From an uncultured bacterium (GTDB taxonomy: Bacteria; Planctomycetota; UBA1135; GCA-002686595): a stretch of 64,000 bases of DNA. The position numbers and the translations under genes are program-made. The DNA is taken from the NCBI GenBank assembly GCA_943787795.1, contig CALSNU010000003.1, forward strand, positions 352,001-416,000, read 5' to 3'. Every line of letters starts with the position of its first letter. The first letter of the stretch is position 1. The notes beneath the pieces were generated by a model, which was given only the letters and a program-made list of their open reading frames with translations, ran no database searches and was not told the DNA's origin. This document shows, piece after piece, positions 19,315 to 28,918 of the stretch.

Positions 19315-20436
19315 CTACTCCGCCTGTCTGGTTCCGCACGAGCCGCAGAAGCGGGCGTCGGCGCCGAGCGCCTCCCCGCAGGAGGTGCAGTGCCTGGAGT
19401 CCGGGGTCACCTTCTGGAGCCCCTCGCCGCAGGCGCTGCAGAACTTGCCGGCGGGGACGCTGCTGGAGCAGCCGCCGCAGATCACCCCGGCCGCAGCTGG
19501 TGCGAGGGTCTCCCCGCCCCGGTTGTCCCGGACCATCATCTGGGCGAGGCCGAAGCCGATGCCCATGCCCGCGCCGCCGAGCATGCCGCTGTTGCCCTCT
19601 CCGCCGCCGGAGCCGCCGGCACCGCCACCGCCCTTGGCCATGCCCTCGCCCGCGCCCATCATCGCCTTGCCGGCGGCGAAGCGCTGGTAGCCGTCGACGC
19701 CGCCCACGGTTCGCAGGTAGGCCGCGTCGCGATAGAGGGTCTTGAGGTTGTCAGCGTCCTCCTCGTCGATGCCGATCACAAAGTTGCCGAGGCGGACGAT
19801 GTCGAGGCCGTAGTCGGCGACGTGGTGGTCCATCTTGGCCAGCACGTCCACCTCGATCTCCTCGGTGTAGGCGCCCGAGGTGACGTCCAGGATGGGCCAC
19901 TTCTGCTTCACGATCAGCTCTGCGATGTTGTCGCGCAGGACCTTGAGGAGCTGCTCCTTGGTCCATGACTTGATCGTCGCCGATCCGGCGCGCCCCATGC
20001 CGACCAGCCCGACGATGAGCCGCTCCGGGTCGGTGACGCGGAAGCTGAACTCGCCGTGGACCATGGTCTCCACGGGGACGCCGGACTTGGGGTCCTCCAC
20101 GTGGCCGATCCGGCCTCCAAACTTCACCCCCGTGTGCTCGCGGGTGTTCACGAAGAAGACCTCGGCGATGAACACGTTGCCGCCCGTGAACGAGTCCACG
20201 AGGTTCGAGAGGAACGGCAGGTTTGATGAGTCCAGGGTGTAGCGGCCGGGCTGCATCACCTCGACCACCTTCCCATCACGGAAGAACACGGCCACCTCGT
20301 CCGACTCCACGGTCAACTGAGACTTCATGGGGATCGTCGAGTCAGGATGCTTCCAGACGACCTGAGCCTTCGTCCCGTCGGGACGGGCGACCATCATCTC
20401 GCCGACGCCGCGCTTGAACCAATCGATCATACCCAT
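19315..20436 (-). CDS. SPFH/Band-7-like (YdjI/'virion core'-type) protein with C-terminal double zinc ribbon
   Basis: LTVESDEVAVFFRDG...PGRYTL.SSNLPFLS...AEVFFVN motif; Gly-rich linker; C-terminal CxxC...KFCxxCG and CxxCG...RFCxxCG. Confidence 0.85.
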   Translation of the reverse strand: MGMIDWFKRGVGEMMVARPDGTKAQVVWKHPDSTIPMKSQLTVESDEVAVFFRDGKVVEVMQPGRYTLDSSNLPFLSNLVDSFTGGNVFIAEVFFVNTREHTGVKFGGRIGHVEDPKSGVPVETMVHGEFSFRVTDPERLIVGLVGMGRAGSATIKSWTKEQLLKVLRDNIAELIVKQKWPILDVTSGAYTEEIEVDVLAKMDHHVADYGLDIVRLGNFVIGIDEEDADNLKTLYRDAAYLRTVGGVDGYQRFAAGKAMMGAGEGMAKGGGGAGGSGGGEGNSGMLGGAGMGIGFGLAQMMVRDNRGGETLAPAAAGVICGGCSSSVPAGKFCSACGEGLQKVTPDSRHCTSCGEALGADARFCGSCGTRQAE

Positions 20437-20571
20437 GCTTCTACACCTCTCTGCTGTGCTCTCTTTGGGGGGGGCGAGCCAGTCGCGGCTGTGATCCGTG
20501 ATGACTGAATAGAACTCTTGTGGAAGCGTACGCTGAGTCGTCAAGTTCATTCATCCGGAGCCGCCGATTCC

Positions 20572-21732
20572 ATGGACCCCCTCGATCCCTCCGCCCACGA
20601 CAACTCCTACGAGGAGCGAGTCGATGACAGCGAGCTGTCCATCGAGGAGACGGAGGTGTCGGAGAGGGCCGCCGTGGACCTCTCCTGCGACGAGTGTGGA
20701 GCGCCTGTTTCCTGGAGCCCCGGGGACCGCGCCCTGCGCTGCGGCCACTGTGGGAGCTTGACCGAGGTTGAGGTCGAGGAGGTGGACGTGGAGGAGCGGC
20801 CGCTCTCGGAGGCCGCGGACGCCGCCAGGGGCTTCGGCGTCGACGTCCGGGTGCTGGCCTGCGAGGTGTGTCAGGCGCGGGTCACCTTCGACGGAGCGAC
20901 GATCTCCCGGTCCTGCCCGTTCTGTGGCTCGCCGGGGGTGCTTGACCAGGAGGCCAGCCGTAACGCGCTGCGGCCGGAGTCGCTGATCCCGCTTGAGGTC
21001 GGCAAGGAGCTGGTGGAGAAGAACTTCAAGGCCTGGGCGCGCGGCCTTTGGTTCCGGCCCAATGCGTTGAAGCGGGTCAACGTCGGGAGCGCCGTGGGCG
21101 TCTACGTCCCGGCCTGGGGATTCGATGCGAGGGTTCACGCCCGCTGGACAGCGCAGTCAGGCACCTATTACTGGGTGACCCAGAGTTACACCGTGCGCGT
21201 CAACGGCAGGTCGACGCGACGGACCCGTCGGGTCCGCAAGGTCCGGTGGCGGCCAGCGCGGGGGCAGCGGAGAGACCATCACGACGACGTACTCGTCTTC
21301 GCCTCCAGGGGAGTTGACCGGGACCTTGCCCACGAACTTGGCCCGTACTCCATGGCGGCGCTGGTGCCCTTCTCCTCGGAGTTCCTCGCCGGCTGGCGAG
21401 CTGAGGAGTATCAGATCGACCTGGTGGACGGTTGGGACCTCGGGCGAGAGACGATACGGGTCTTGCAGCGTGCGCTGTGCGCTCAGGATGTCCCCGGGGA
21501 CACGCACCGAAACTTGCGTGTACGCAACGAGTTCTCCGATGTTCGGTGGAAGCTCATGCTCCTTCCCATGTGGAGCGTGACGTACCGGCTGGCGGGGAGG
21601 TCCTACGCGGTCCTTGTGCACGGCGAGACAGGGAGGGTCGCCGGCAAGGCGCCCTACTCCTGGGTCAAGATCGGGCTCGCGGCGCTCGTGGTTCTGGCGG
21701 GGGCGTTGGCAGCCCTCGCGCTCAACCGCTGA
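20572..21732 (+). CDS. Zinc-ribbon membrane-anchored protein (YdjG-like)
   Basis: Four CxxC pairs (CDECGA, CGHCGS, CEVC, CPFCGS), GVYVPAW.FD, LLPMW...Y...VHGETGRV.G..PYSW.KI and a C-terminal TM helix. Confidence 0.75.
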   Translation: MDPLDPSAHDNSYEERVDDSELSIEETEVSERAAVDLSCDECGAPVSWSPGDRALRCGHCGSLTEVEVEEVDVEERPLSEAADAARGFGVDVRVLACEVCQARVTFDGATISRSCPFCGSPGVLDQEASRNALRPESLIPLEVGKELVEKNFKAWARGLWFRPNALKRVNVGSAVGVYVPAWGFDARVHARWTAQSGTYYWVTQSYTVRVNGRSTRRTRRVRKVRWRPARGQRRDHHDDVLVFASRGVDRDLAHELGPYSMAALVPFSSEFLAGWRAEEYQIDLVDGWDLGRETIRVLQRALCAQDVPGDTHRNLRVRNEFSDVRWKLMLLPMWSVTYRLAGRSYAVLVHGETGRVAGKAPYSWVKIGLAALVVLAGALAALALNR

Positions 21733-21769
21733 GCGAGCAGCAGCCTCCTCGCCCAGCGCGGATGGAGTC

Positions 21770-22906
21770 TCAGCGAATAGGGGGCTCGGGGAGATGCCGG
21801 ATCAGCGTCTCCTCCAGGCGCCGCAGCTCGGCGGCGGTGTGCTCGCTCGTGACCGCGCAGCGCACCAGGCCGCGGGTTGAGGCGCCGTGATATCGAATCG
21901 CCGGGGCGAAGATCCCCTCCACGTGCAGCGCAGCAGAGAGCCGCCGGGCGTCATCTTCGGACTCCATTTCGATGCGTAGCACGGGCAGGAACGTCCCGGT
22001 GGACCGTAGCCCGACGCGTCGGGCGGTCCGGTGGAGCTGACCGATATTGGCCCGTAGGCGCTCCAGCCGTTCGGGCTCCGCCTCGATCAGATCCAGGCTC
22101 GTGATCGCGGCGGCGCAAAGGGGCGGGGCCAGCGCGGTGGTCCCGGAGAAGCTGGAGGCGTGGCGCCGGACCGCCTCGACGGTCTCTGCGGAGCCTGCGA
22201 TGAACCCGCCGGCGCTGCCAAGTGCCTTGGCGAGGGACCCCGTCAGGATGATGCGCGGGTCGTCGAGCCCGAAGAGCTCCACGACGCCGCGTCCCGTGCG
22301 GCCCACCACGCCCACCCCGTGGCTGTCATCGATCAAGAGGTTGGCGTTGGTTGGCAGGTGCCTCAGGAGCTCCGCGGCGGGTGCCAGGCGGCCGTGCATG
22401 GCGAACGCGCCATCCGTCGCCACCAGGGGCGCCCCGTCCTTGTGGAGGTCGAGCAGGGCCAGCGCATGAGACATGTCTCCCGCCCCGTAGCCAAATGACT
22501 GGAAGCCGGCTGACGATAGAGCGTCGGTGATGCTTGGGTGAACGTCGGCGTCATGGAGCGCGACTCGGTCTGCGTCGTCCGGGAGTTGGCCCGGGGCGTG
22601 GCGGAGCGCCTGCGCTGCTGCGATATCTGCCAGGTAGCCGTCCGTCAGGACCAGTGCCGCCTCGGTCCCGAAGAACTCCGAGAGCCGCTCCTCGAGGCGC
22701 TCATGGAGCTCGAGGTTGCCCGAGGTGTTGCGCGAGGCGAGGCCAGAGACGCCGAAGCGGTCAATGGCCTCGTGGGCCGCCGCGCGGACGTGCGGGTCAT
22801 GGGCGAGGCCGAGGTATCCGCAGCCGTGAAAGCTGAGCAGATCGACGCCGTCCAGCCGGACGCTCGTGGGTCCGGTGGAAGAGAAAGCGGGGACGGCGCG
22901 CTTCAA
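21770..22906 (-). CDS. Divergent alpha-oxoamine synthase family (BioF/Kbl/SPT-like) PLP enzyme
   Basis: GYLGLA, DDSHGVG and GSLAKALG (PLP lysine) motifs; TTG start overlaps the stop of the upstream peptidase gene. Confidence 0.78.
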   Translation of the reverse strand: MKRAVPAFSSTGPTSVRLDGVDLLSFHGCGYLGLAHDPHVRAAAHEAIDRFGVSGLASRNTSGNLELHERLEERLSEFFGTEAALVLTDGYLADIAAAQALRHAPGQLPDDADRVALHDADVHPSITDALSSAGFQSFGYGAGDMSHALALLDLHKDGAPLVATDGAFAMHGRLAPAAELLRHLPTNANLLIDDSHGVGVVGRTGRGVVELFGLDDPRIILTGSLAKALGSAGGFIAGSAETVEAVRRHASSFSGTTALAPPLCAAAITSLDLIEAEPERLERLRANIGQLHRTARRVGLRSTGTFLPVLRIEMESEDDARRLSAALHVEGIFAPAIRYHGASTRGLVRCAVTSEHTAAELRRLEETLIRHLPEPPIR

Positions 22907-24114
22907 GGGGACACTCCGGTCGGGGCGTCGAGGGCGTAGGCCACGCCGCCGTTGCGGAACCACACCTGTTCCATGTCGTCACGCATGTAGCGCCGCGGGA
23001 CCACGCCCGGCCAGGCGGCGGCGGGATCGTTCACGAGCACCACGCCGCCCAGGCCGAGCCCCGTGATCACCAGCAGGTGCCCCGCCGTCTTCTCGTAGGG
23101 CGCGCCGCGCAGCTCGCCGGGCGCGGCGCGGATGCTCGCGATGAGCGGGCGACCGGCCTTGAGGTAGTCGGCGACAGACTGCCAGGAGGAGAGGCGCACG
23201 AGGCGGCCGGGGACCCCATGGGTGAAGGCCCCCTGCACGGCGCGGTTCCAGTTGCCATAGATGTTGAAGTGGGGGTCGAGGAGGGTGTTCGCCATGGTGC
23301 GCGTGGGGACGCGCCGGCCGTGGAACGCGGCGACCATGGCCACGGACGTCGGGCTGCAGACCCTGTGCCCGATGTCCTCGCCCGCGGCTCTCTGTGTCCT
23401 CGCGGGGACGCTGAGCTGGACCGGGAGCGGCCAGGGCTCGGCGCTCGCCGCCGCGACGCGCTCCTCCAGCAGGCGCTCGTCGGTGAAGGCCACGGAGGCG
23501 CGGACTGCCCCGGGCGGGAGGGGGGAGGGGCCGCAGGCCGTGAACCGCAGCTGGGCGCGGTCCTGGGGCGAGGAGGCCTCCAGAATGTCGACGGCGATGC
23601 GGGCCTCGTCGCAGGCCGTCACGACCTCCGCGGGCCGCTGGGCCACCCCCCAGTCACCGATCAGGAGCCACGGGGTCCAGAGGTCGGAACCCTGGGGCCG
23701 GGTCCGGATCTCCACCTTGAACGGCGCTGCGCTGTCCACGTTCCATGAGGGCAGGCATTGGGTGAAGGCCGTGGAGGCCACGAGCTGCTCGCTGACGAGC
23801 GAGCCATCGGGGTCGAGGGCGAGGGCCGTGACGGGCTGGTGCTCGTGCAGTGGATCCGCGGTCGAGACGTCGATGAGGTCACGGGGGCGGCCGCTCGTCG
23901 TGGCACCCGCCACCGACGCTCCGCCTGCCGAGACTTCGCCCGCCGGGACCTCGCCCCCCGAACCCTCGCCAACTGGAGGCGTTGCCCGGTCATGGGCGAC
24001 CTGGGGCTCCATGTCGGGCCCGCGCCTCGCCACGTCAGCCGGGGTCGCACAGCCGGCGTTGGCCGCCACGGCTACCGCGATCAGCAGGACTCTCCTCGGG
24101 CATTGGACCCTCAT
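22903..24114 (-). CDS. Peptidase C39-like (papain fold) putative lipoprotein
   Basis: Lipobox-like ANAG-C; catalytic motifs VCSPTSVAM (Cys), GHLLVITG (His), VNDPA (Asp); YGNWNRAVQ. Confidence 0.78.
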   Translation of the reverse strand: MRVQCPRRVLLIAVAVAANAGCATPADVARRGPDMEPQVAHDRATPPVGEGSGGEVPAGEVSAGGASVAGATTSGRPRDLIDVSTADPLHEHQPVTALALDPDGSLVSEQLVASTAFTQCLPSWNVDSAAPFKVEIRTRPQGSDLWTPWLLIGDWGVAQRPAEVVTACDEARIAVDILEASSPQDRAQLRFTACGPSPLPPGAVRASVAFTDERLLEERVAAASAEPWPLPVQLSVPARTQRAAGEDIGHRVCSPTSVAMVAAFHGRRVPTRTMANTLLDPHFNIYGNWNRAVQGAFTHGVPGRLVRLSSWQSVADYLKAGRPLIASIRAAPGELRGAPYEKTAGHLLVITGLGLGGVVLVNDPAAAWPGVVPRRYMRDDMEQVWFRNGGVAYALDAPTGVSP

Positions 24115-24178
24115 GCCACCCGTTATACGCTGCTCGGGTGAAGCCGTTCCACCTTGGCCCCCTCGCCCGCCGCGCAGA

Positions 24179-25027
24179 ATGGCGGATCGTGTGACGTCCT
24201 TGTTGTCCATGGCGGAGCCCGCGGCGTGGCTGGCGCTCGACGCCAAGCTGCCCCTCGCGTGGCTCGGAGAGCTGGCGACCGCGATGCCGGCGGTCGGCGC
24301 GATGGTGGGAGGCGCTGTGGCTGGAGGCGCTGTGGCGAAAGGCGCTGTGGCGAAAGGCGCTGTGGCGAAAGGCGCTGTGGCGGAAGGCGCTCTGCTCCGA
24401 GGCTCCCCGCCCGACGCCGACCCGTCCGGAGATGCTTCATTCGGAGCCGTCGCCGACCATGTCGAGGTCCCTCCTTCGGGATGGCGCCTCCACACCAAGC
24501 CCATCGCTCGGCTCCTGGGGGCCTGGGCCCTCCTCGTTCTCGCGATCGGAATGACCCCCGCTGGGGACGAGTGGGCAGAGCTACCGCGTCCGGTCTCGGC
24601 GGGCGCGGTGCTCCTCGGGCTCTTCCTGATCGGCTCCTCCCTGGCCGGGGCGAGCCCCGTCTCGGGTCGGGCGAGGCTCTCGGTTCGCATGCTGGTCTCG
24701 GCGCGTCGAGGGGCTCTGTTGCTGGTGCTCGCGTGGGCCGCGGACGGCGCAGCATCGGGCTGGGGGGTGCTGCGCCCGGCACCTCCCTGGGCGCCAGAGG
24801 TGGCCTCGGCGCTGCTGGATCTCTCGCCACGGACACTCCTGATGGAGAGCGGTGGCGTGGATTGGATGCGGCATCCGTCCGTCTACGAGTCCGCTGGAAC
24901 CGACCGAATCGGTCCGGGATTACGGTCGGTCTACGTCGGGCCGGTTGCAGGGAGCGTCACCCTTTTGGTGGGATGTCTGGCCCTGGCGGCGCGAAGCGCC
25001 GTTTCCCGGCGCCTGGCACGGCCTTGA
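24179..25027 (+). CDS. Hypothetical membrane protein with internal GAVAK repeats
   Basis: Several hydrophobic segments; fills the gap before the NIL gene; start uncertain (24179 or 24209). Confidence 0.5.
   Translation: MADRVTSLLSMAEPAAWLALDAKLPLAWLGELATAMPAVGAMVGGAVAGGAVAKGAVAKGAVAKGAVAEGALLRGSPPDADPSGDASFGAVADHVEVPPSGWRLHTKPIARLLGAWALLVLAIGMTPAGDEWAELPRPVSAGAVLLGLFLIGSSLAGASPVSGRARLSVRMLVSARRGALLLVLAWAADGAASGWGVLRPAPPWAPEVASALLDLSPRTLLMESGGVDWMRHPSVYESAGTDRIGPGLRSVYVGPVAGSVTLLVGCLALAARSAVSRRLARP
24311..24391 (+). repeat. 15-bp tandem repeat GGCGCTGTGGCGAAA, about 5.4 copies (in frame)
   Basis: Three perfect central units flanked by two variant units, read directly. Confidence 0.9.
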
Positions 25028-25081
25028 TCAGCGGAGACGCCCTCCCGACCGCGGCAAGCCAATCCCGACCTCGACTCGCCT

Positions 25082-25333
25082 ATGACCTCCCGCAAGTTCT
25101 TCTGCACGTTCCCCCAGGAGCTCATCAGCGAGCCTCTGATCTCGCACACCCTCGGGGTCAAGTTCGGGGTCGTCCCCAACATCCGGGCGGCCACCATCTC
25201 CGAGAGCCAGGCTCACGTGGTGGTGGAGATTGAGGGGGAGGCGGACCGGATCGAAGACTCCGTGGTGTACCTCAAGGAGCGCGGCGTTGCGGTGAGGGAG
25301 TTGGCGGAGGGCGAGGAGCCCCCGCGGGTCTGA
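25082..25333 (+). CDS. Stand-alone NIL (ACT-like) domain protein
   Basis: FP.ELI.EPLI..L..KFGV.PNIRAA.I....A.VV.EI.G pattern; 83 aa. Confidence 0.8.
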   Translation: MTSRKFFCTFPQELISEPLISHTLGVKFGVVPNIRAATISESQAHVVVEIEGEADRIEDSVVYLKERGVAVRELAEGEEPPRV

Positions 25334-25341
25334 GGCGGATC

Positions 25342-27234
25342 TTGCGGGCACTCCTACGACCTCTGTCCGTTGGCCTGGTGCTCTTCGGAGCGGCGTGCTT
25401 TGCGGTGGATCCGTTCCGCGCGATGGAGGACCGGCGCGGCCCGGATCGAGGTGCGGTCGTGAGCGAGCATCCGCTCGCCACTCGAGCGGGGCTCCGGGTG
25501 CTGGAGGCGGGTGGGAACGCCGCGGATGCCGCGGTGGCCACGGCGTTGGCGCTCGCGGTCGTCTACCCGCAGGCCGGCAACCTGGGGGGCGGGGGCTTCG
25601 CGGTCTGGGTGCCATCCGAAGGGGCGCCCGAAACCCTGGACTTCAGGGAGGTGGCGCCCGCCAGGTACACGGCGGACCTCTACCTCGACAGCGACGGCGA
25701 GGTGGTCTCGAAGCGCTCGCTGCGCACGCCCTTGGCGGTCGGTGTGCCCGGATCACCCCGAGGGCTCTTCGAGCTCTATCGGATGCACGGGTCGCGTCGG
25801 CTCTCCTTCACACAGGTCTGCGAGACGGCGATCCTTCTGGCCGAGAATGGATTCCGCGTGGACCCCTGGCTCGCAGCCTCCTTGTCGCGCGACTCCGTGT
25901 GGGAGTTGTTGAGCGCAGACCCCGGCGCGGCGGCCGTCTTCTACCCGGGCGGTGAGCCGCTGAAGGAGGGGGATACGCTGATCCAGCCGGCGCTGGCCAA
26001 GACGCTCCGCGCCTATGCGCTCGGGGGACCGGACGGGTTCTATTCGGGGTCGGTGGCCAAGGCGATCGTGGCAGACCTCGCCGAGGCCGACGCACGCACG
26101 GGGGCGGCGGCCGGTGCGAACCTCATGTCGCGGGCCGACCTCGAAGCCTACCGCGCGGTCTGGCGCGCTCCGGTCTTCGGGCGCTTCGCCGGACGTGAGG
26201 TGATCGGGATGGGGCCGCCGAGCTCCGGCGGCGTCGCGCTCGTTCAGATGCTCGGGATCTTGCAGGGGCTCCCCCTCGAGGTGGAGCGGCGGGCGGCGGT
26301 GGAGCGGGTGGCGTTGGGCGTGGACGAGGGGCCCCGGATGGGGCGCATGGGGCAGCTGCAAGGGGACGACGAGCTGTCTCCGCCGGAGCCGGTTGGCCTG
26401 GACGCACGCTCCTTCCATTGGTGGATCGAAGCCATGCGCTGCGCCTTCGCCGACCGAGCCGTCCACCTTGGCGACCCCGATCATGTGGGCGTGCCGGTCG
26501 AGGAATTGGTCTCCCCCGCCTGGATCGCAGAGCGCCGCATGGGCATCGGTGAGCAGGCGGACCTGGAGGTCGCCGCCTGGCAGCCTCCGATCCCGGACGG
26601 GTCGGATGAGACCACGCACCTCTCGGTGGTGGATCGTGAGGGCAACGCGGTGTCGCTGACCACGACCCTCAATGCCAGCTACGGGAGCGGCATCTTCGTG
26701 GACGCGGGTGGGTTCCTGCTGAACAACGAGCTCGATGACTTCTCCATCCAGGCAGGGGTGCCGAACATGTACGGGCTGGTCGGTGCCGAGGCGAACCAGC
26801 TGGCCCCCGGTCGCCGACCGCTGTCGAGCATGACCCCGGTCGTGATCCGATCGGCGTCGGGACGAGTGGAGATGGCTCTCGGTGCTCCGGGTGGTCCTCG
26901 GATCATCACCTCCGTGCTCCAGGTGATCCTGCGCGTGCTGGTCTATGAACAGGACCTCACGGAGGCGATCCGTGCCCCACGGATTCACCAGCAGTGGCGC
27001 CCCGAGCGCACGCGCTTCGAGGCGGCCTTCGATGAGGCTGTGATCGACTCTCTGCGGCGGGAGCACGGTCAGCCGGTCACTCCGCCAGAGCCCGGCCGGT
27101 TCTTCGGGTCGGTCCAGGCGATCCTCGTGGGCCCGGACGGGAGCGTTGAGGCCTTCAGTGACCCGCGACGCGGCGGCGCAGCGGGGGTCGAGGGGCTCGG
27201 TCTGGCGAAGCCCGCGATCTTGCCCGGTCGCTGA
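25342..27234 (+). CDS. ggt: Gamma-glutamyltransferase
   Basis: GGNAADAAVA, GNLGGGGF, DFRE.AP, autoprocessing site ETTHLSVVD, LNNELDDF, RPLSSMTP, GAPGG.RI. Confidence 0.95.
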   Translation: MRALLRPLSVGLVLFGAACFAVDPFRAMEDRRGPDRGAVVSEHPLATRAGLRVLEAGGNAADAAVATALALAVVYPQAGNLGGGGFAVWVPSEGAPETLDFREVAPARYTADLYLDSDGEVVSKRSLRTPLAVGVPGSPRGLFELYRMHGSRRLSFTQVCETAILLAENGFRVDPWLAASLSRDSVWELLSADPGAAAVFYPGGEPLKEGDTLIQPALAKTLRAYALGGPDGFYSGSVAKAIVADLAEADARTGAAAGANLMSRADLEAYRAVWRAPVFGRFAGREVIGMGPPSSGGVALVQMLGILQGLPLEVERRAAVERVALGVDEGPRMGRMGQLQGDDELSPPEPVGLDARSFHWWIEAMRCAFADRAVHLGDPDHVGVPVEELVSPAWIAERRMGIGEQADLEVAAWQPPIPDGSDETTHLSVVDREGNAVSLTTTLNASYGSGIFVDAGGFLLNNELDDFSIQAGVPNMYGLVGAEANQLAPGRRPLSSMTPVVIRSASGRVEMALGAPGGPRIITSVLQVILRVLVYEQDLTEAIRAPRIHQQWRPERTRFEAAFDEAVIDSLRREHGQPVTPPEPGRFFGSVQAILVGPDGSVEAFSDPRRGGAAGVEGLGLAKPAILPGR

Positions 27235-27653
27235 GGGTTGCGCCGCGCAGAGATACGGCACTGAAATACTCGGTGCCGCAGCCCCTTGCGCCGGGCCTCC
27301 CGGCCCCGGAGGGCTGCGATATCCCGAACCCGTCGAGCGGGAGTCCAACCTGCGAGTGATCGGTGCGCGAGAGCCCGGCCTCGGAGGATGTGGCGCTGAG
27401 GATCTCGGCGTAGGGGGCCTCGGCGGCAGTGGCTGCCGCGTCAGTATCGTCGGCGGCAGTGGGCGCCGCGCCAGGAGCCTCGGCGGCAGACACCTCAGCG
27501 GCAGTGGCCGCCGCCGCCGTGGCCGCCGCGGCAGTGGCCTCTGTCGGCGTGGGCCCGTCGCCGCGTCCCCTGCGCCGACCTTCAGCGGGCCAGCGCCCCG
27601 TCGCCGACGGAGCAGCCCTTGGGGCTCGGTCGCACGAGGGGTCCTGAACGAGA

Positions 27654-27688
27654 GCGGGGGCCCACCGCGACGCGCGGCGGGCCCCCGC
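27654..27688 (-). terminator. GC-rich hairpin just downstream of the 27707-28846 gene
   Basis: GCGGGGGCCC...GGGCCCCCGC inverted repeat with inner CCGCG/CGCGG; weak U tract. Confidence 0.5.
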
Positions 27689-27706
27689 AGCAGGGGGTCC
27701 CTTGGG

Positions 27707-28846
27707 TCAGCCGTCCAGGCCCTCGAGGTCGCTCGGGTCGAACTCGAACTCCTCCTCGATCTTCTTCTCCGTGTCGGCCTTGGCCTCCGCGGCGGCCTCC
27801 GCCTTGTCGATCCGCTCCCAGTGGGTGGGGTCCTCGACCACCGCGGCCCAGGAGTCGTAGAGCGCCTTGATCAGCTTGCGGTTGTAGCGCAGGTTCTTGT
27901 CGCTGAGCACGCCGTCGTCGGGCGTGCGCCAGTCGAAGGCCTGCGAGGTCTGGCTCCCTCGGGCGGCGTTGAGGGCACGCTGCGCGAGCATGCCCTGCTC
28001 GTTGTCGTCCGGCTTGGCCGGGTCGAGTTTGATCATCTCGTTGAGGATCGCGGGCCAGGCCGGTTGGCCGGCTTCCTCGAGGCGGCGCCGGGCGCGGCCT
28101 CCCGCGGCGCCGGCGTCCACGTCGAAGAACATCTCGGCGTCTTCCTGGAGCTTGGTCCACTGCTCGTTCGTGACGCCGTCGGGCTTGCCGAAGGGCTCGA
28201 GGGCCGCGAGGTCCACGGGCTCGGGCGCGGCCGGCTTGGCCTTCTTCTTGGCTGGCTCCGCCGTCGCGGCGCTCGCGTCAGCGCTGTCGGGTGAGCCGGC
28301 CTCCGAGGCCGCAGCCGCGGTGGTGTCGCCGGCTTCAGCGGCTGCTGCCGCTCCATCGCTCGAGGGTGTGTCTGCGGCGGGCGCGGAGTCGCCGTCCTTC
28401 GCTGCGGTCGTGCCGTCACCCGCGGCCGCCTCGGTGGGGGCTCCGGCCGGATCCTCGTCTTCACCTCCGAGGAAGATCACCGCGGCGGCCACGCCCCCGA
28501 TGAGGATCGCGGCCGTGGCGATGAGAGGCACCGGGGACTTCTTCTTCTGCGGGCGCTCCCTGCGGGACCGCTTGCTCCGGCCCTCGCCCTCCTCGCCGTC
28601 GGAGCGCTTCGCGCTGGCTCTTCCGCTCGACCTCCCCGAGCTGCCCCGGGTCGGGCGCGTGCTCTTCTTGGCCGCGGGCTTCTCGGTGGAGGCTCCGCTG
28701 GAGGCCTCCTGTGTCTCCTCCTCCTGGGAAGCGCTTGCCTTGGCTTCGGCTCGCTTGCGGGCGAGGATCTGCTCTCGCATGGAGGGGCCGTCACCCTTCT
28801 TCGTCGGGGTCTTGCGCGGGATCGGCTTGGGGTCGTTCTCGGTCAT
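27707..28846 (-). CDS. Hypothetical single-pass membrane protein (basic disordered N-terminus, TM helix, Ala-rich linker, helical C-terminal module)
   Basis: 379-aa ORF with host-like codon usage; TM segment VPLIATAAILIGGVAAAVIFL. Confidence 0.75.
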   Translation of the reverse strand: MTENDPKPIPRKTPTKKGDGPSMREQILARKRAEAKASASQEEETQEASSGASTEKPAAKKSTRPTRGSSGRSSGRASAKRSDGEEGEGRSKRSRRERPQKKKSPVPLIATAAILIGGVAAAVIFLGGEDEDPAGAPTEAAAGDGTTAAKDGDSAPAADTPSSDGAAAAAEAGDTTAAAASEAGSPDSADASAATAEPAKKKAKPAAPEPVDLAALEPFGKPDGVTNEQWTKLQEDAEMFFDVDAGAAGGRARRRLEEAGQPAWPAILNEMIKLDPAKPDDNEQGMLAQRALNAARGSQTSQAFDWRTPDDGVLSDKNLRYNRKLIKALYDSWAAVVEDPTHWERIDKAEAAAEAKADTEKKIEEEFEFDPSDLEGLDG

Positions 28847-28847
28847 G

Positions 28848-28890
28848 GCTGGGGTTCCGCTGGGGTTCCGCTGGGGTCAGTGGGGGTCAG
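28848..28890. repeat. 11-bp tandem repeat GCTGGGGTTCC (2 perfect plus 2 degenerate units)
   Basis: Read directly; lies immediately upstream of the ATG at 28846 (minus strand). Confidence 0.75.
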
Positions 28891-28918
28891 CCCCTGCGGG
28901 CTGGGGTTGTTCTTGATC

